IMG/VR virus record: IMGVR_UViG_3300012347_000193
Location: 32,001 to 96,000 of that record
Origin: a virus
Length of the DNA: 64,000 bases
Strand: one strand, 5' to 3'
Positions within the stretch are counted from its first letter, which is position 1, and each line of letters opens with the position of its first letter. The translations under genes and the position numbers were made by a program. Shown in pieces: positions 32,101 through 38,188 of the stretch. The notes under the pieces were generated by a model, which made no database searches, was not told where the DNA came from, and worked only from the letters and a program-made list of their open reading frames with translations.

Positions 32101-33070
32101 GGATGCGACAGCTCCTGGAACATTATTAGCAGTAACTATGTTTAATGGTACTTCTCGTCAATACTTAACGACTGCAAGTGAAGTCTTAGATACTGATGCG
32201 TCAGAATTTATAGTATCGCTACCTGCACCGTCAGTACCGTTCCCGATGGCTCCGATGACTTACACAAACGGAAAACGTATGTGGGTAACAGTCAATGGTA
32301 ATAGAATTGATCCGACATTAGTTTCAGTTACAGGAACTACTGCGACAATTCTACATCCAGTCGAAGCTGGTGACATTGTAGTGGCAACAGCTATGGTATC
32401 AAGTGCATCACCGAACGAGTCTAGCTTTAGATTCGAGATGGATAAGAATTCAAACATGAAGGTATATCGTACTAATGCCGAAGACACCTCTTGGCTAACT
32501 GAAGATATTAACCCAACTGATGAAATCATCAGTGTACGTGATGCTAGATATTTGGTTAGCTTGCATTCTACAATTTCTGTAGTACAGGAAACTATCAACG
32601 GAGAGTTGTTTGCATACTTAAACGCAACGTTCCCTGACATATCAAAGGTAACAGTGTATGACACAACCTTAGCTGAATCAGTACCGCAAGCAAACGTATT
32701 GACAAAATTAGTCAACGGCATCCCTGCAGTAGTGTTTACAGACTTTGTGCAAGTTGGTGATAACCTAGAACTTACAGTTTATCAAGGTGACGTATTAGAA
32801 ATCAACGGTGAGAAGATTCACTTTACTGATATTGACTTGGATACTAATGTGATTTCAGGCATTACACGCGGCGCTTATGGAACACAAGTAGCAATTCAGC
32901 ACCCTAAATATAGCAGAGTGTTCAGTCTAAGCCAGGGTAAGATGATGGATCCATCATTATATCGCAGAACCTGGACTGATACTACCATCTATCAAACACA
33001 TACATGGGATGTTCCGTTGCAGTTAAGCAATAATCCAGCAGCTAACTTCTTGAAACTCAACAATATATAA
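17123..33070 (+). CDS. Giant (5315 aa) baseplate wedge / tail structural protein, gp7-like, with beta-propeller repeats
   Basis: Follows the gp6-like gene. N-terminal LDFLPEIF; YINEVKPY; FG-GAP-like repeats (e.g. FGFAVDF...VVGAP); Asp-box-like S.DG..W repeats; a CBM5/12-like W.....Y..G..V segment. Confidence 0.75.
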   Translation: MTSRIRTLDFLPEIFKTKPNEQFLSATLDTLTQQPKVEKLQGFIGNKFGYGVNSKDSYINEPTKSRNNYQLEPAVIFKKKDTDVPLDLLTYSGLNDALRLAGSNLPEHSLYSNQFYSWDSFTDLDKLVNYSQYYWLPTGPDPVTVTNLKLSTTVSYTVTSLPLSYSLSAKSQLVGDYNPKLTLVRGGVYYFNVDQTTPFYIQTSPDISGKLTSNPSISTRDIFGLTNNGATTGTIKFVVPQLNEQSDWELTFGLNADLTTAMSLSDIEAKPVGSVSIDGVTDLEGKTILFRSNTPGTRANLVSLYDENDIGFDGTEFDPTTETQLNNQLYTVTYVGDNTNGFFINLVEADSLPINKLIKIQFGDEFNGRSFVKNAFGEILLVPPVTANTDTYYYVDGVNPDKYGEIEIVDSIDSSFVNVEQILGKKTYTSANGITFTNGLCVQFAGNTFPAEYTRGSYIVEGVGDSINLILLSELLVPEIFSYQVSSPFDAQYFDTYSFGETFLYPKDKDYITISRNAKNKNAWSRSNRWFHVDVLKATLEYNPDAVIVSEALGNPEKMAKRPIIEFYPNLRLMNSGVSSKNNVSYINFTESQALFTAAGTSDFVPDGSTSYLYDGATIIFAADADLAVRSTVYKIQVSETVNTEVISIISLSGSLTNADGSKDVTYQVSPQTKSLPANKLLSVYGNENASFNGTFRIVSTTATTITLRYPTGTSGTWDEISPTYLKTNLETTLTEDSTVNYLDQVAIISGSTYGGKTFYFDGSNWVLAQQKDRINQPPLFDLFDNNNHSLSDTNFYPASDFEGCTLFEYAIGSGVNDTELNFPIKYNSVENIGDIVFNNSLNTQKFHYVLGNDSIESSVSIGYAHISTFENEFTRHLGWQTAIEESFQYQVFNMQYTGIPFTPTFICDVPVKTTTAWTPIVVYVDNARIADTEYTVSVSGDMTTIKLVNYPVIGTMVDIMLLSDTPSKIGYYQTPINLDHNPYNSQIETLSLGDIRGHYKSMFNNAPSVTGTAFGPNNFRDSGNLIPYGTRIIQNSAPLTLPASFLRNNDYNFFEALTFNSIEYIKYKATMINALDNNDFSYITSDAALLDEVISIITEPKTETSPFFWSDMLPSKNITQSKTYSFKTVLDTSIFQLLKVYDYNNANYNSVLVYLTRKTGSVVSTKQLINGIDYIISAEVAELTVLTDLIPGDKIVINEYAQTFGNFVPNTPTKLGLYPSFVPELILDSSYLTPTYFIKGHDGSYSKLYGNVVNGYMTDARDRLVFEFESRIYNNLKVLNKTISLKREDIVPGYFRSNQTQVNSFNEAYETQLLNWVGLNRIDLNSQFYDATNEFTWNYRGSKFKLDKTSLSQGNWRGIYLWLYDTATPNATPWEMLGLSNKPSWWDTHYGAAPYTSDNLIMWTDIANGYVWNNGEPYTSENLKRPGLLEILPVDSAGKLISPFTSCVATYDANTFNTMWEPLDMGPAEYSYIKSSSWPFDMVRMMVLTKPAKFFNLNVDLDFYQYSSEFNQYLVGERMRTPPTGIKIYGTDETTSAHSYINWIVDYSTQFGVVGSDEIKSIFSNTDVRLVYKAAGFTSKDMIKFFTENSSSSSTKASLIPEDSYSVLLYNNQPTDTIIYSSIVVQKTLAGYKVYGNKQSKAYFTVRTPISGLYEPVTVNGKTVQIAKSYSQQQMNVPYGFEFNTIERLLEFVKGYGLYLESQGMIFDDIENSLELSWDQMLAEVLYWTQSGWEVGSTVSINPAANILRIDTGNALVQPLTLSKQNFVLNQNLLPIALNDLSIHRVGTELSIKALNSGDALSFFVGNVSSIEHVIVFDNTTIFGDLIFDIVTGLRQQRLFVKGTKTAEWNGTLDAAGFIMSLDSITDWIPNQKYSKGTVVKFKSEYWMANVSIVQPKNTFDYSEWLKTTYEMVQQRMLPNQSTRSAEAALYYNKNTANLANDADLLSFSLIGYRPRDYLDSADLDDSSQVNLFSNFIEGKGTNQTVSGLNGITLKDDSVNYTVHENWAIKTSEFGGVLNHNYLQFTLDESKLVGNPSVVSIIEADAVEGAQQQVSMHNLTNYGRTLASNNILPQVDPDSIDYLPSAGYVNLDDVIEIGYRINDFSDAAITGVYKNDYLWVANKNSTWDVYTPVSSGALVTSVVNNLNDTVAVIFDKPHALLEGQSLGILNFDSRIDGYHTVDSVTSLTSIVISITLSAAVTNINGSGLVFLLQSQRVSTPRDIPNLPLLNTEYDSTKVWVDQGKDGGWKVFEKTNNYELTDIEKEFPNSSTGTAVAYVHGVGYLTGDPATGELSVYDTINDDGRYYEKAKISKPNTTFGQVIEHNTDVILVAAPSDTTSQIFVYRNASSEGITRPVFEQVLSVSGGKAGTALAISGDSNYIYVNAIDTDAEGEALLMFSLDANLLKTGTGMTTVSDIALYSKTFVVSGDQRAAIQDGQRISFITSYSLISTISDTFNYLVTNAFDGTNSSFKLSGDKRSLLGNGDVVSFGNSGVDKNRLYNITLTGYDPTSNKTTFYVEQQPIFWEDPVFVPPVAGTNVYKVSFATDAVYTVATGAYNTQTQQTTFYITSEFNQSIASGAQVYVASMNYELVQLFNPSQSWVFGDEYAASIATNYDGSKIFVGAPKHDQSASQQSTGLMYAYDRLFQNFEIQRDQKPGAIYVVRLPWYPAISSKVYLNGKLLASNKYTLILNAIIFGPIGILAGDIIKVSSDNLVLTGTFVNGNPSDLRSGQMFGYALDCNREGSEIIVSAPYAVTSDNKEGAVYRFTDQGKRYGTWVGVTSAALVEPTQILLNGYRANLFNVFALKSTVTNDSAVGATSHSVFVNPAEAALMPPSGLIGFRKIVSGDTYNIAYRSVDATTGEIKFAYADANDTSSDYFNPQVYDSVQGAWVSTTVTLTTDDTQIYAPLGSARNIADAIVKANITNVFAYSTEDNRLVIRLRDMSLAPNMNKLSVGVFNGNYWTMLGMLPYPIAQTITPPHDVAQTMFGAALKFNEANSFVVGAPTAKRLLPTKFDFSNDKNVHNDTVFDNNLTGWEDSFDEAGAVYMYDYIDSYDESLDNIGKYIYSQPCTDLVSDYGVRPMFGFAVDFNNYNVVVGAPKFKTSTVGGKAVIFRNYAKEPNWKLFREADQVVDIHKINKVHLFNNVTDVTNMALDYIDPLQGKLLGVVIENLDHTSPVDPASYNSSASTSNKVSWNSAQLGKLWFDTSNVRFLNYHQNDVAYNSKYWGQVFPGSDVAVYTWIESSVPPASYTGNGTPFELESYSVTFTTDSTDTLVPKYYFWVRDTNILNTKYGKTLSDQIIARYIETPKESGVAFLAPLRANTFGLYNSYDYINNTSTNIHIGFSTTTNDVSGHSEFKLIRTDFTEDFLPGFVDIRKGFTEPTSLYEKYIDSFAGADSSGAVVPDPTLPLLMQTGISVRPRQSMFVNRLSALENYLTYINSVLINYPILETSHATFLYSATNEFDTTAYWDAVYWWAEGYSATTRANLEVSVYDDLYSVTAKENLIVGVSANAVGKREVYIYQSGTWNRIGLEQGTVQFSYKLWDYTANKVGFGNEFFDTSLFDAYPSNETRNIIRAINEQLLVGELFEYRNKSLTLMFEFIQSENVELHNYLPWLNKTRFADVSYDIRTLKQTPRYKVDNSQLLEGYINEVKPYSVVIKEFFAKYNVMDTVASTISDFDLPSYYDTELQKFVSPQVVFGSTASLDEKTTTDAIWNDFKYSNWKDNLGMLIKGGETRLVSFLKKYVSLTSTDLEVENAYTLPVEGILKINSEQIAYNRIDRVTGKLEGVTRGVNGTSTAVYLTGTPVYMDTPDVTVLDSGRDYEFPPTVTAYINTTEYPAPRREAVLEAVMNNDRMVGVNVIDPGEGYIVAPEIKISSSVEYVFDNFDSSQDGATNFVDRENSQLRTTVANVLETGDTVLVTNNSSSSVLIPNGYYYAQVVKNTYGTTITFFDTFLESFNSLNPIRFNTGVVTSGFSLTVGIAARAIANTDTSGVRNISTTLKFDRVSYTSRVKNWQPYKFWSSAYTSIGNDASSSVDSSTNTMLSSLQGVVLPIQYLDPTEEFAVVTVDYSYSNILPGQVNESMLQFYKVTGSYTPEIVDGTNGRAHIEIYRPKFSNGQLSEVYTIKILDAGSIYANGDTIRIQGSDLGGEDGTNDATILVKFANKDTGAIQVASISGRASGIFAKYYVKAIDNTRLQIYSNPTYTRKVPRASFVWGGELNATQSFGAVGNDYAFMPEPIDDDFSDSHDSVSLVSYAGVIWACTQSNADAEFNPAKWQPLTTTDLSLTALERIDGFYQPGVGMVPKDHQQLLKGITYPNPVYLGNKFAPDEALPIDVVLNDNQFIKSTSNIKGVVFNGETYVAVAETENSITVLVRNENLTWDPVPLSSERKTVTGISYSNEMYVITVDDDVCPMYVSFDSKKWISTSKQTSFDSLDYDDGLFDTSSITIESLGLLAVNRVGNRFFVNNTAISTSEDGMIWKKVHTLGNRKYSIIKDIAYAELSGFTGYIAVGEGYIVTSGANTPAPVVELSSKILISADGSTWEEVLPVTSAFIPVAVATNDDVIVIVCRDGKIFTSASPTSWAESVILGDDVTENLIDVAFGNNMFVAIGEVNADGNSVILMSSDGLTWTQQTNELIATTALHHVYFDGSNFIISGDLGTLIQSTNGVNWENILVVRSEDPVYTVKGSDFLFGYGPEELVAGVISDKLSMKVNTAPGAYWNRSGAEEIWYYASGFGMNQQYYTVDGQQTVNFDGLAANGIGMSVFLANVDGTMQRLYEDRTYPNMDYTYNVNWNSKVITFNDVDLIGASVFVEVYEFGNAVEKARSSTDAQPLVLDSSTGHSSIYTGLDYVASPVDPVIFAYTPTTGMKQLVLGEDFNIAIEDGKLKLALTEAYNQETDYVVYTIPRTGKNPDNVDEHYVSFPETQFFVSGGSDFVIDLDVSLHNIPNAIVELNGSRLVYETDYVIEFVIDEVTNTYSTKPVLTLAGDATAPGTLLAVTMFNGTSRQYLTTASEVLDTDASEFIVSLPAPSVPFPMAPMTYTNGKRMWVTVNGNRIDPTLVSVTGTTATILHPVEAGDIVVATAMVSSASPNESSFRFEMDKNSNMKVYRTNAEDTSWLTEDINPTDEIISVRDARYLVSLHSTISVVQETINGELFAYLNATFPDISKVTVYDTTLAESVPQANVLTKLVNGIPAVVFTDFVQVGDNLELTVYQGDVLEINGEKIHFTDIDLDTNVISGITRGAYGTQVAIQHPKYSRVFSLSQGKMMDPSLYRRTWTDTTIYQTHTWDVPLQLSNNPAANFLKLNNI

Positions 33071-33072
33071 GA

Positions 33073-33080
33073 GATAAATA
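33073..33080 (+). promoter_or_regulatory. Late promoter GATAAATA
   Basis: 7 nt before ATG 33088. Confidence 0.7.
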
Positions 33081-33087
33081 TACTATT

Positions 33088-33237
33088 ATGAGCGATAAAC
33101 CAGAAGAAAATCAAAATCCTAAAACAGTTGAACCGTCTAAAGTAGACGAGTTCAACGGGGTTTATTTTAGTTCAAGCGTGAAGATTCACGACCCTGACAC
33201 TCAGGAAGTGTTAGTACATATACGAGGCGACAATTAA
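33088..33237 (+). CDS. Small virion-associated protein (49 aa)
   Basis: Not in the ORF track. MSDKPEENQNPKTVEPSKVDEFNGVYFSSSVKIHDPDTQEVLVHIRGDN*; TAATG coupling to the next gene. Confidence 0.75.
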   Translation: MSDKPEENQNPKTVEPSKVDEFNGVYFSSSVKIHDPDTQEVLVHIRGDN

Positions 33238-33857
33238 TGACACAAGTTCTAATCCCTGTGCAAATCGAGGGCTTTTTAAAGATTCACGACCCAGTTACTG
33301 GGGAAGTTTTAGTAGATAAAAAGAACGCAATCCACTACGAAAACATGAGTATTGCACTAGCTAATGCACTAAGTAATCGAGGTACCGGCGCAATTTATAA
33401 AATGGCTTTCGGTAATGGTGGTTCTAGTATTGACCAAACTGGTGTCATCACGTACTTACCACCGAACACAACTGGTTCTAGCGCAGCTTTATATAACCAG
33501 ACATTCGCTAAGATTGTCGATGATACAAACATTAGCAATATCAACCCATCACGTAACAAAATGACAATTAGCCACCCATTAGGAAAGGTTTACACTGACA
33601 TTGTAGTTAACTGTTTGCTTGACTACAGTGAACCGGCAGGTCAGATGGCTTTTGATAATGGGACACAAACTCAGTCTCCGTTTGTTTTTGACGAATTGGG
33701 ACTACTTAGCTTTGATGGAGTAACTAGCGCCGGGGAAGAAATGACAAAAATGCTAACGCATGTTATCTTTCACCCGGTTCAAAAATCATTAAACAGACAG
33801 ATTCAAGTTGATTATACCGTCAGAATCCAGTCATTGACTAACTTGATTACAGGTTAA
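33237..33857 (+). CDS. Virion structural (baseplate / fibre attachment) protein
   Basis: MAFGNGG...FDELGL...LTHVIFHPVQKS pattern; located in the late operon. Confidence 0.6.
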   Translation: MTQVLIPVQIEGFLKIHDPVTGEVLVDKKNAIHYENMSIALANALSNRGTGAIYKMAFGNGGSSIDQTGVITYLPPNTTGSSAALYNQTFAKIVDDTNISNINPSRNKMTISHPLGKVYTDIVVNCLLDYSEPAGQMAFDNGTQTQSPFVFDELGLLSFDGVTSAGEEMTKMLTHVIFHPVQKSLNRQIQVDYTVRIQSLTNLITG

Positions 33858-33858
33858 A

Positions 33859-33866
33859 GATAAATA
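33859..33866 (+). promoter_or_regulatory. Late promoter GATAAATA
   Basis: Intergenic, followed by a GGAG SD and ATG 33888. Confidence 0.7.
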
Positions 33867-33887
33867 TAAGAATAACGGAGCAATTTC

Positions 33888-35111
33888 ATGGCATATACGA
33901 TTAAAAGAAGTGATACAACTACATTAACTACGATCCAAGATGGAACACTTAATGCAAACGCAACATCACTAAGTTTACCAGGACGCAATTACGCAGGTTA
34001 CGGAAACGTAATTGATACTAACTTTGTGCGCCTACTAGAAAACTTTGCATCAGATACCCCTCCTGCTAACCCAATTAAGGGTCAGTTGTGGTTCGATAAG
34101 ACAGACTCAAAGTTAAAAGTTCTAACTGACGAGACACGTACTGCTCGTTCTGATTGGACTGTACTCACTGCTTCTAACTCAGTGGGTGATACTGCTGTTG
34201 GTAATTTGACAGTTTCTGACGCTATTATTTCTAACACAATCACATGTAACTCTGCTACTGTTTCTCAAAACATTATCATTCAAGGTAACGCTACTATCGG
34301 AAGTAACATTACTGCTTCTTTGGCTAACGTTGCAACGGCAAATATCGGAACTACCCGTACTAGAGCTATTACTACTGGTAACCCTTCAACTTCGGGAACA
34401 TTAGACGGTTCTTGGACTGTATCTGCTACTGGTAATGCATTCAATATCACATCAGGTAACATCGCACTAGGTTCATCTCAGTCGATTCGTTGCGACAACT
34501 ACTTAGATTCTACTGGTAATCCTTGGGTTCCTTCAGGCACGTACACTAATGCTAACGTAGCAGAATACTTGACTGGTTCTAATCCGGGCGTTACAAAGTT
34601 CATTGGTAACATCTTCCCTGGAATTGTAACTACATCAAACATCACTACTGGTGGCAACACAGTTTCTGGTAATATTACTGGTAACTGGTCATTGACTGCT
34701 GGCTCACGTTTATTAGCAACATACTCTGCTGACATTGCAGAACGTTATGCGGCTGATGCAGCTTATTCAGTAGGTACTGTTCTTGAAATCGGTGGCGAGT
34801 TTGAAGTAACTGCTGCTAAAGAAGATGCAAGTTCAGCAATCTTTGGTGTCGTTTCAAATACATACGCACACTTGTTGAATTCTGCTGCTGGTTCCGATGA
34901 GACTCATCCACCGGTAGCATTAGTTGGTCGTGTAGCAGTTCGTGTTGTTGGACCAGTTAAGAAGGGTGAGCGTTTAGTTTCTGCTGGCAATGGTCTTGCA
35001 CGTGCAGGTAAACTTGAAGAACTAACTGCTTTTAACGTAGTGGGTCGCTCTCTAGTAAATAAGACAGACGACGGCGAAGGTGTTATTGAAGCTGCCGTAA
35101 GTATCAAATAA
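33888..35111 (+). CDS. Tail fibre / baseplate fibre protein
   Basis: N-terminal GRNYAGYG...LLENFA..PP.NPI.GQLW, a Thr/Asn-rich beta region, and a C-terminal ADIAERY...VALVGRV.V.V.G domain. Confidence 0.7.
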   Translation: MAYTIKRSDTTTLTTIQDGTLNANATSLSLPGRNYAGYGNVIDTNFVRLLENFASDTPPANPIKGQLWFDKTDSKLKVLTDETRTARSDWTVLTASNSVGDTAVGNLTVSDAIISNTITCNSATVSQNIIIQGNATIGSNITASLANVATANIGTTRTRAITTGNPSTSGTLDGSWTVSATGNAFNITSGNIALGSSQSIRCDNYLDSTGNPWVPSGTYTNANVAEYLTGSNPGVTKFIGNIFPGIVTTSNITTGGNTVSGNITGNWSLTAGSRLLATYSADIAERYAADAAYSVGTVLEIGGEFEVTAAKEDASSAIFGVVSNTYAHLLNSAAGSDETHPPVALVGRVAVRVVGPVKKGERLVSAGNGLARAGKLEELTAFNVVGRSLVNKTDDGEGVIEAAVSIK

Positions 35112-35120
35112 GAGGCAACT

Positions 35121-36053
35121 ATGACATATCAACAATACGGGCAAGTTCAGGCATCTGATTTTAACACTCTGGTTAATAATTTCAATGCCGTATATGGTCC
35201 AGGATCAGGCAACTCGGGTTACGGAATGACTCCTTTAAGTCAAGTAGCTGTGGGAAGCAACGTATCGTATGCTGATTGGGCTAACCTAATTAACGCAATT
35301 TATAGCGTTGACAGGCATCAAAGCCCGTCTACTGCTATTACTGCAATCTCTGCACCCTCAGCTGGTGATTCAGTCAAATATCTATCAGAAATTACCTCAA
35401 ACATTACTACTATTACTAACAATAGACTTAATGCATCGGTTCAGGGGTCTACTTCTACGACTACTAAATCTTCTGCTTCGACTTGGTTGAATGCTATAAC
35501 ATTCACCACTAGAGTAACGTTCCCCTCAGCCGCAGCCGCACGTTATTTCTTTAACGGTGGCGGTCAGATTGCTATTTCAGCAAGTCACGGTACTAGTGGT
35601 TCTACTGGTATCAACAAACTGTTTTATGATATTGCTAATGCAATGGGAACAGTCACGTTGAGCAGCGGGACAGCTAATATTGCTGGTTCTTCTTTTACTG
35701 GTGTTACTAAGACAGGTGGTTCTGGTAGTCTTGGTACTAACTTTACTATTAGTACTGGTACAGGATACCATGCATTAACAACAACTCCTACAGAAATTTT
35801 CAAACAAACAGCAGTGGGTGCAATTGCATTGTATGTAACATCATTTATCAAAATTTCAGCAAACGTTGATGCAACGGGTGGCGTAATCACTATTACTACT
35901 GTGTTTGATGAGAATTGGTCAGCCGGAACCGGACTAACAGTTTCTACTGGTACTACAGTTAACGCATCAATCAAACCTCCATCAGCTACCTATATCACTT
36001 CTGCTCCTTGGGGAACTCCGACAGTTGACACTACTGTAGCAACTGTAGCTTAA
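35121..36053 (+). CDS. Virion structural protein (Thr/Ser/Gly-rich)
   Basis: ARYFFNGGG motif; in the late operon. Confidence 0.55.
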   Translation: MTYQQYGQVQASDFNTLVNNFNAVYGPGSGNSGYGMTPLSQVAVGSNVSYADWANLINAIYSVDRHQSPSTAITAISAPSAGDSVKYLSEITSNITTITNNRLNASVQGSTSTTTKSSASTWLNAITFTTRVTFPSAAAARYFFNGGGQIAISASHGTSGSTGINKLFYDIANAMGTVTLSSGTANIAGSSFTGVTKTGGSGSLGTNFTISTGTGYHALTTTPTEIFKQTAVGAIALYVTSFIKISANVDATGGVITITTVFDENWSAGTGLTVSTGTTVNASIKPPSATYITSAPWGTPTVDTTVATVA

Positions 36054-36105
36054 TAAATATTTTGGGCAATTGGTATTCATTTAAATATTCTACGGAGTAT
36101 ATTAA

Positions 36106-36411
36106 ATGGATACCAAAACCATATTGAGCCAGGCTAAAGCTAGATTTAGTCACAACCAGAATAAAGAGTACTTGAAGTCTAAGTACAAAGGTAAGCTAAT
36201 CTTTGCCCAACAAGGTGGAATGTGGACGGCATCTCCTGAGCTATTATCACAATTAGCAAGTAGCACAGCTAAATCTCTAGTGTTGTTAGACAACTATGAG
36301 AACCCTATCAAAGTAGACCGTTTCGATTTGCTGACATTTGCTAACGACCTCTATCTGTCAGTAATGCATGAATGGCATGAAGAATATACTAAACTACAAT
36401 CACTAAGATGA
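36106..36411 (+). CDS. Hypothetical protein, first gene of the glycan cluster
   Basis: GGAG SD; (A)TAAATA late motifs at 36053-36059 and 36082-36087. Confidence 0.7.
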   Translation: MDTKTILSQAKARFSHNQNKEYLKSKYKGKLIFAQQGGMWTASPELLSQLASSTAKSLVLLDNYENPIKVDRFDLLTFANDLYLSVMHEWHEEYTKLQSLR

Positions 36412-37181
36412 GAGGTGTTTTACTTTTTGCCTTTAATAATCCTACCACTGATTATTACAAAATGGCAGTTGCAACAGCAAAGAGAATCGACTTCTTCTTA
36501 GACCTACCAGTGACTATTGTAACTGATTCACAACCAGAGAACCCAGAGTTCAACATTATTAACGTTAACGCTGAGACTAGCAACACTAAGGATAGTAACC
36601 CCTGGTATAATAAGGGTCGTTACAGGGCATATGAATTGTCCCCATATGATGAAACAATCATTTTAGACACAGATTATCTAGTGAACAGCAGTCAATTATT
36701 AAAGTTATTCGATATCTATGATGGGTTCATGTGTCACGGATCAACGTTCTTTCTAACTGAAGGCACTGACGTAGAATATATTAGCGAACACAGTTTCAGA
36801 ACACTATGGGCAACTGTGATTATCTTTGACAAGTCAGAGCGAAGCAAGCATATATTTGAATGCTTGGAGATGGTACAGAACAACTACAGTCACTATATTA
36901 ATCTCTATCACATAATGAGTCCAATGTATCGCAACGATTATGGAATCACAATCGCTACCCGAATAGTTGATGGGCAACTAGATAACCCCGCTAACGTCAT
37001 TCCCTGGGACTTGACACACGTTGGTAAAGATGTTATAGTGTATAGAGATACGGGTGAGCTATTCAACACTGAATACACAATACTAAACACAAAAGGAAAA
37101 CGACCTGAGTATATTAAAATTAAAGATATGGACTTTCATTGCATGAGCAAGACGACATATATGGAGCTAGTCGATGAGTAA
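36408..37181 (+). CDS. Glycosyltransferase, GT-A fold (GT8-like)
   Basis: SPYDETIILDTD DxD motif; short N-terminal beta strand. Confidence 0.7.
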   Translation: MRGVLLFAFNNPTTDYYKMAVATAKRIDFFLDLPVTIVTDSQPENPEFNIINVNAETSNTKDSNPWYNKGRYRAYELSPYDETIILDTDYLVNSSQLLKLFDIYDGFMCHGSTFFLTEGTDVEYISEHSFRTLWATVIIFDKSERSKHIFECLEMVQNNYSHYINLYHIMSPMYRNDYGITIATRIVDGQLDNPANVIPWDLTHVGKDVIVYRDTGELFNTEYTILNTKGKRPEYIKIKDMDFHCMSKTTYMELVDE

Positions 37182-37911
37182 AGGCTTCGTTATTATGGCA
37201 CAGAACACCGACACGACCGACTACGTTGCATGTGCAGAACAACTAAAGAACAGTATCCATCGTCATATGCCCGACGCCAATGTGACTATCATCACTGACT
37301 TACCTTATGGTAACTTGGGTGGCTTTCAGAATGATTGGCAAGTCTACGAAGCAAGCCCGTACGATTACACGATTAAGCTAGAAGCCGACATGGTCATGAC
37401 AAAGAATGTTGACTATTGGTTCGATGTGCTGGCTATACAATCAGTGGTTGTCTGCGATACAATCAGAGACTACAAAGGTAACATCTCACCCGTAAAAGCG
37501 TACAGAGAGTTCACGCAAGTCAATAATCTGCCTGACGTATACAATGCCATGACGTTCTTTAAGAAGTCAGAAGAAGCAAGACAGTTCTTTTTATTAGTGA
37601 GAGACATATTTGAACACTGGGACGACTACAAGGCAACACTAGTATGTGATACTGACGAAGAGGTAAGCACTGACTGGGTATACGCTATCGCTTGTCATAT
37701 TATGGGTATAGAGAAGACGACATTGCCATATGATGACTTCAGTATGGTTCATATGAAGCAACTGATTAACAACACTGCAACAGAAGATTGGACACAATCA
37801 TTGGTGTATGAATTGAATGATTCGGTCAGAGTACAAACGATTCCTCAACTGTACCCATTTCATTACCATGTAAAGACGTTCGCTAAAGAACTAGAGAAGC
37901 ATTATGGTTGA
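37174..37911 (+). CDS. Glycosyltransferase-like paralog, GT-A fold
   Basis: SPYDYTIKLEAD (ExD variant); paralogous to the upstream gene. Confidence 0.65.
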   Translation: MSKGFVIMAQNTDTTDYVACAEQLKNSIHRHMPDANVTIITDLPYGNLGGFQNDWQVYEASPYDYTIKLEADMVMTKNVDYWFDVLAIQSVVVCDTIRDYKGNISPVKAYREFTQVNNLPDVYNAMTFFKKSEEARQFFLLVRDIFEHWDDYKATLVCDTDEEVSTDWVYAIACHIMGIEKTTLPYDDFSMVHMKQLINNTATEDWTQSLVYELNDSVRVQTIPQLYPFHYHVKTFAKELEKHYG

Positions 37912-38188
37912 ATTCAGGCTTTATTATGATGACACAGGCAGAGCTTTATGTTATACTTGTGAGAATCTTGAGGGTAACTATTTGGTTATCGATGCCGACA
38001 CATATCATCAATGTAGACCTGATGTTTACGTAGTCGATGGTAAGCTAATTAAGCGTGAGCAAGCAACAGTGATACAAAAATTAAAACCCTCAAACACTGG
38101 AGTAACTTGTAGTAGTGATGACATTACTATGATAGCTACTGAAGGGACAACATGGGAACTAAAAACGAATGAGTACAGACATAATTGA
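37904..38188 (+). CDS. Hypothetical protein
   Basis: 94-aa ORF overlapping both neighbours. Confidence 0.7.
   Translation: MVEFRLYYDDTGRALCYTCENLEGNYLVIDADTYHQCRPDVYVVDGKLIKREQATVIQKLKPSNTGVTCSSDDITMIATEGTTWELKTNEYRHN

Noticed and set aside
6088-35974. Numerous minus-strand ORFs within structural genes (and plus-strand ORFs within 57941-64000)
   Set aside because: Antisense shadows of biased codon usage, with no SDs or recognisable motifs.
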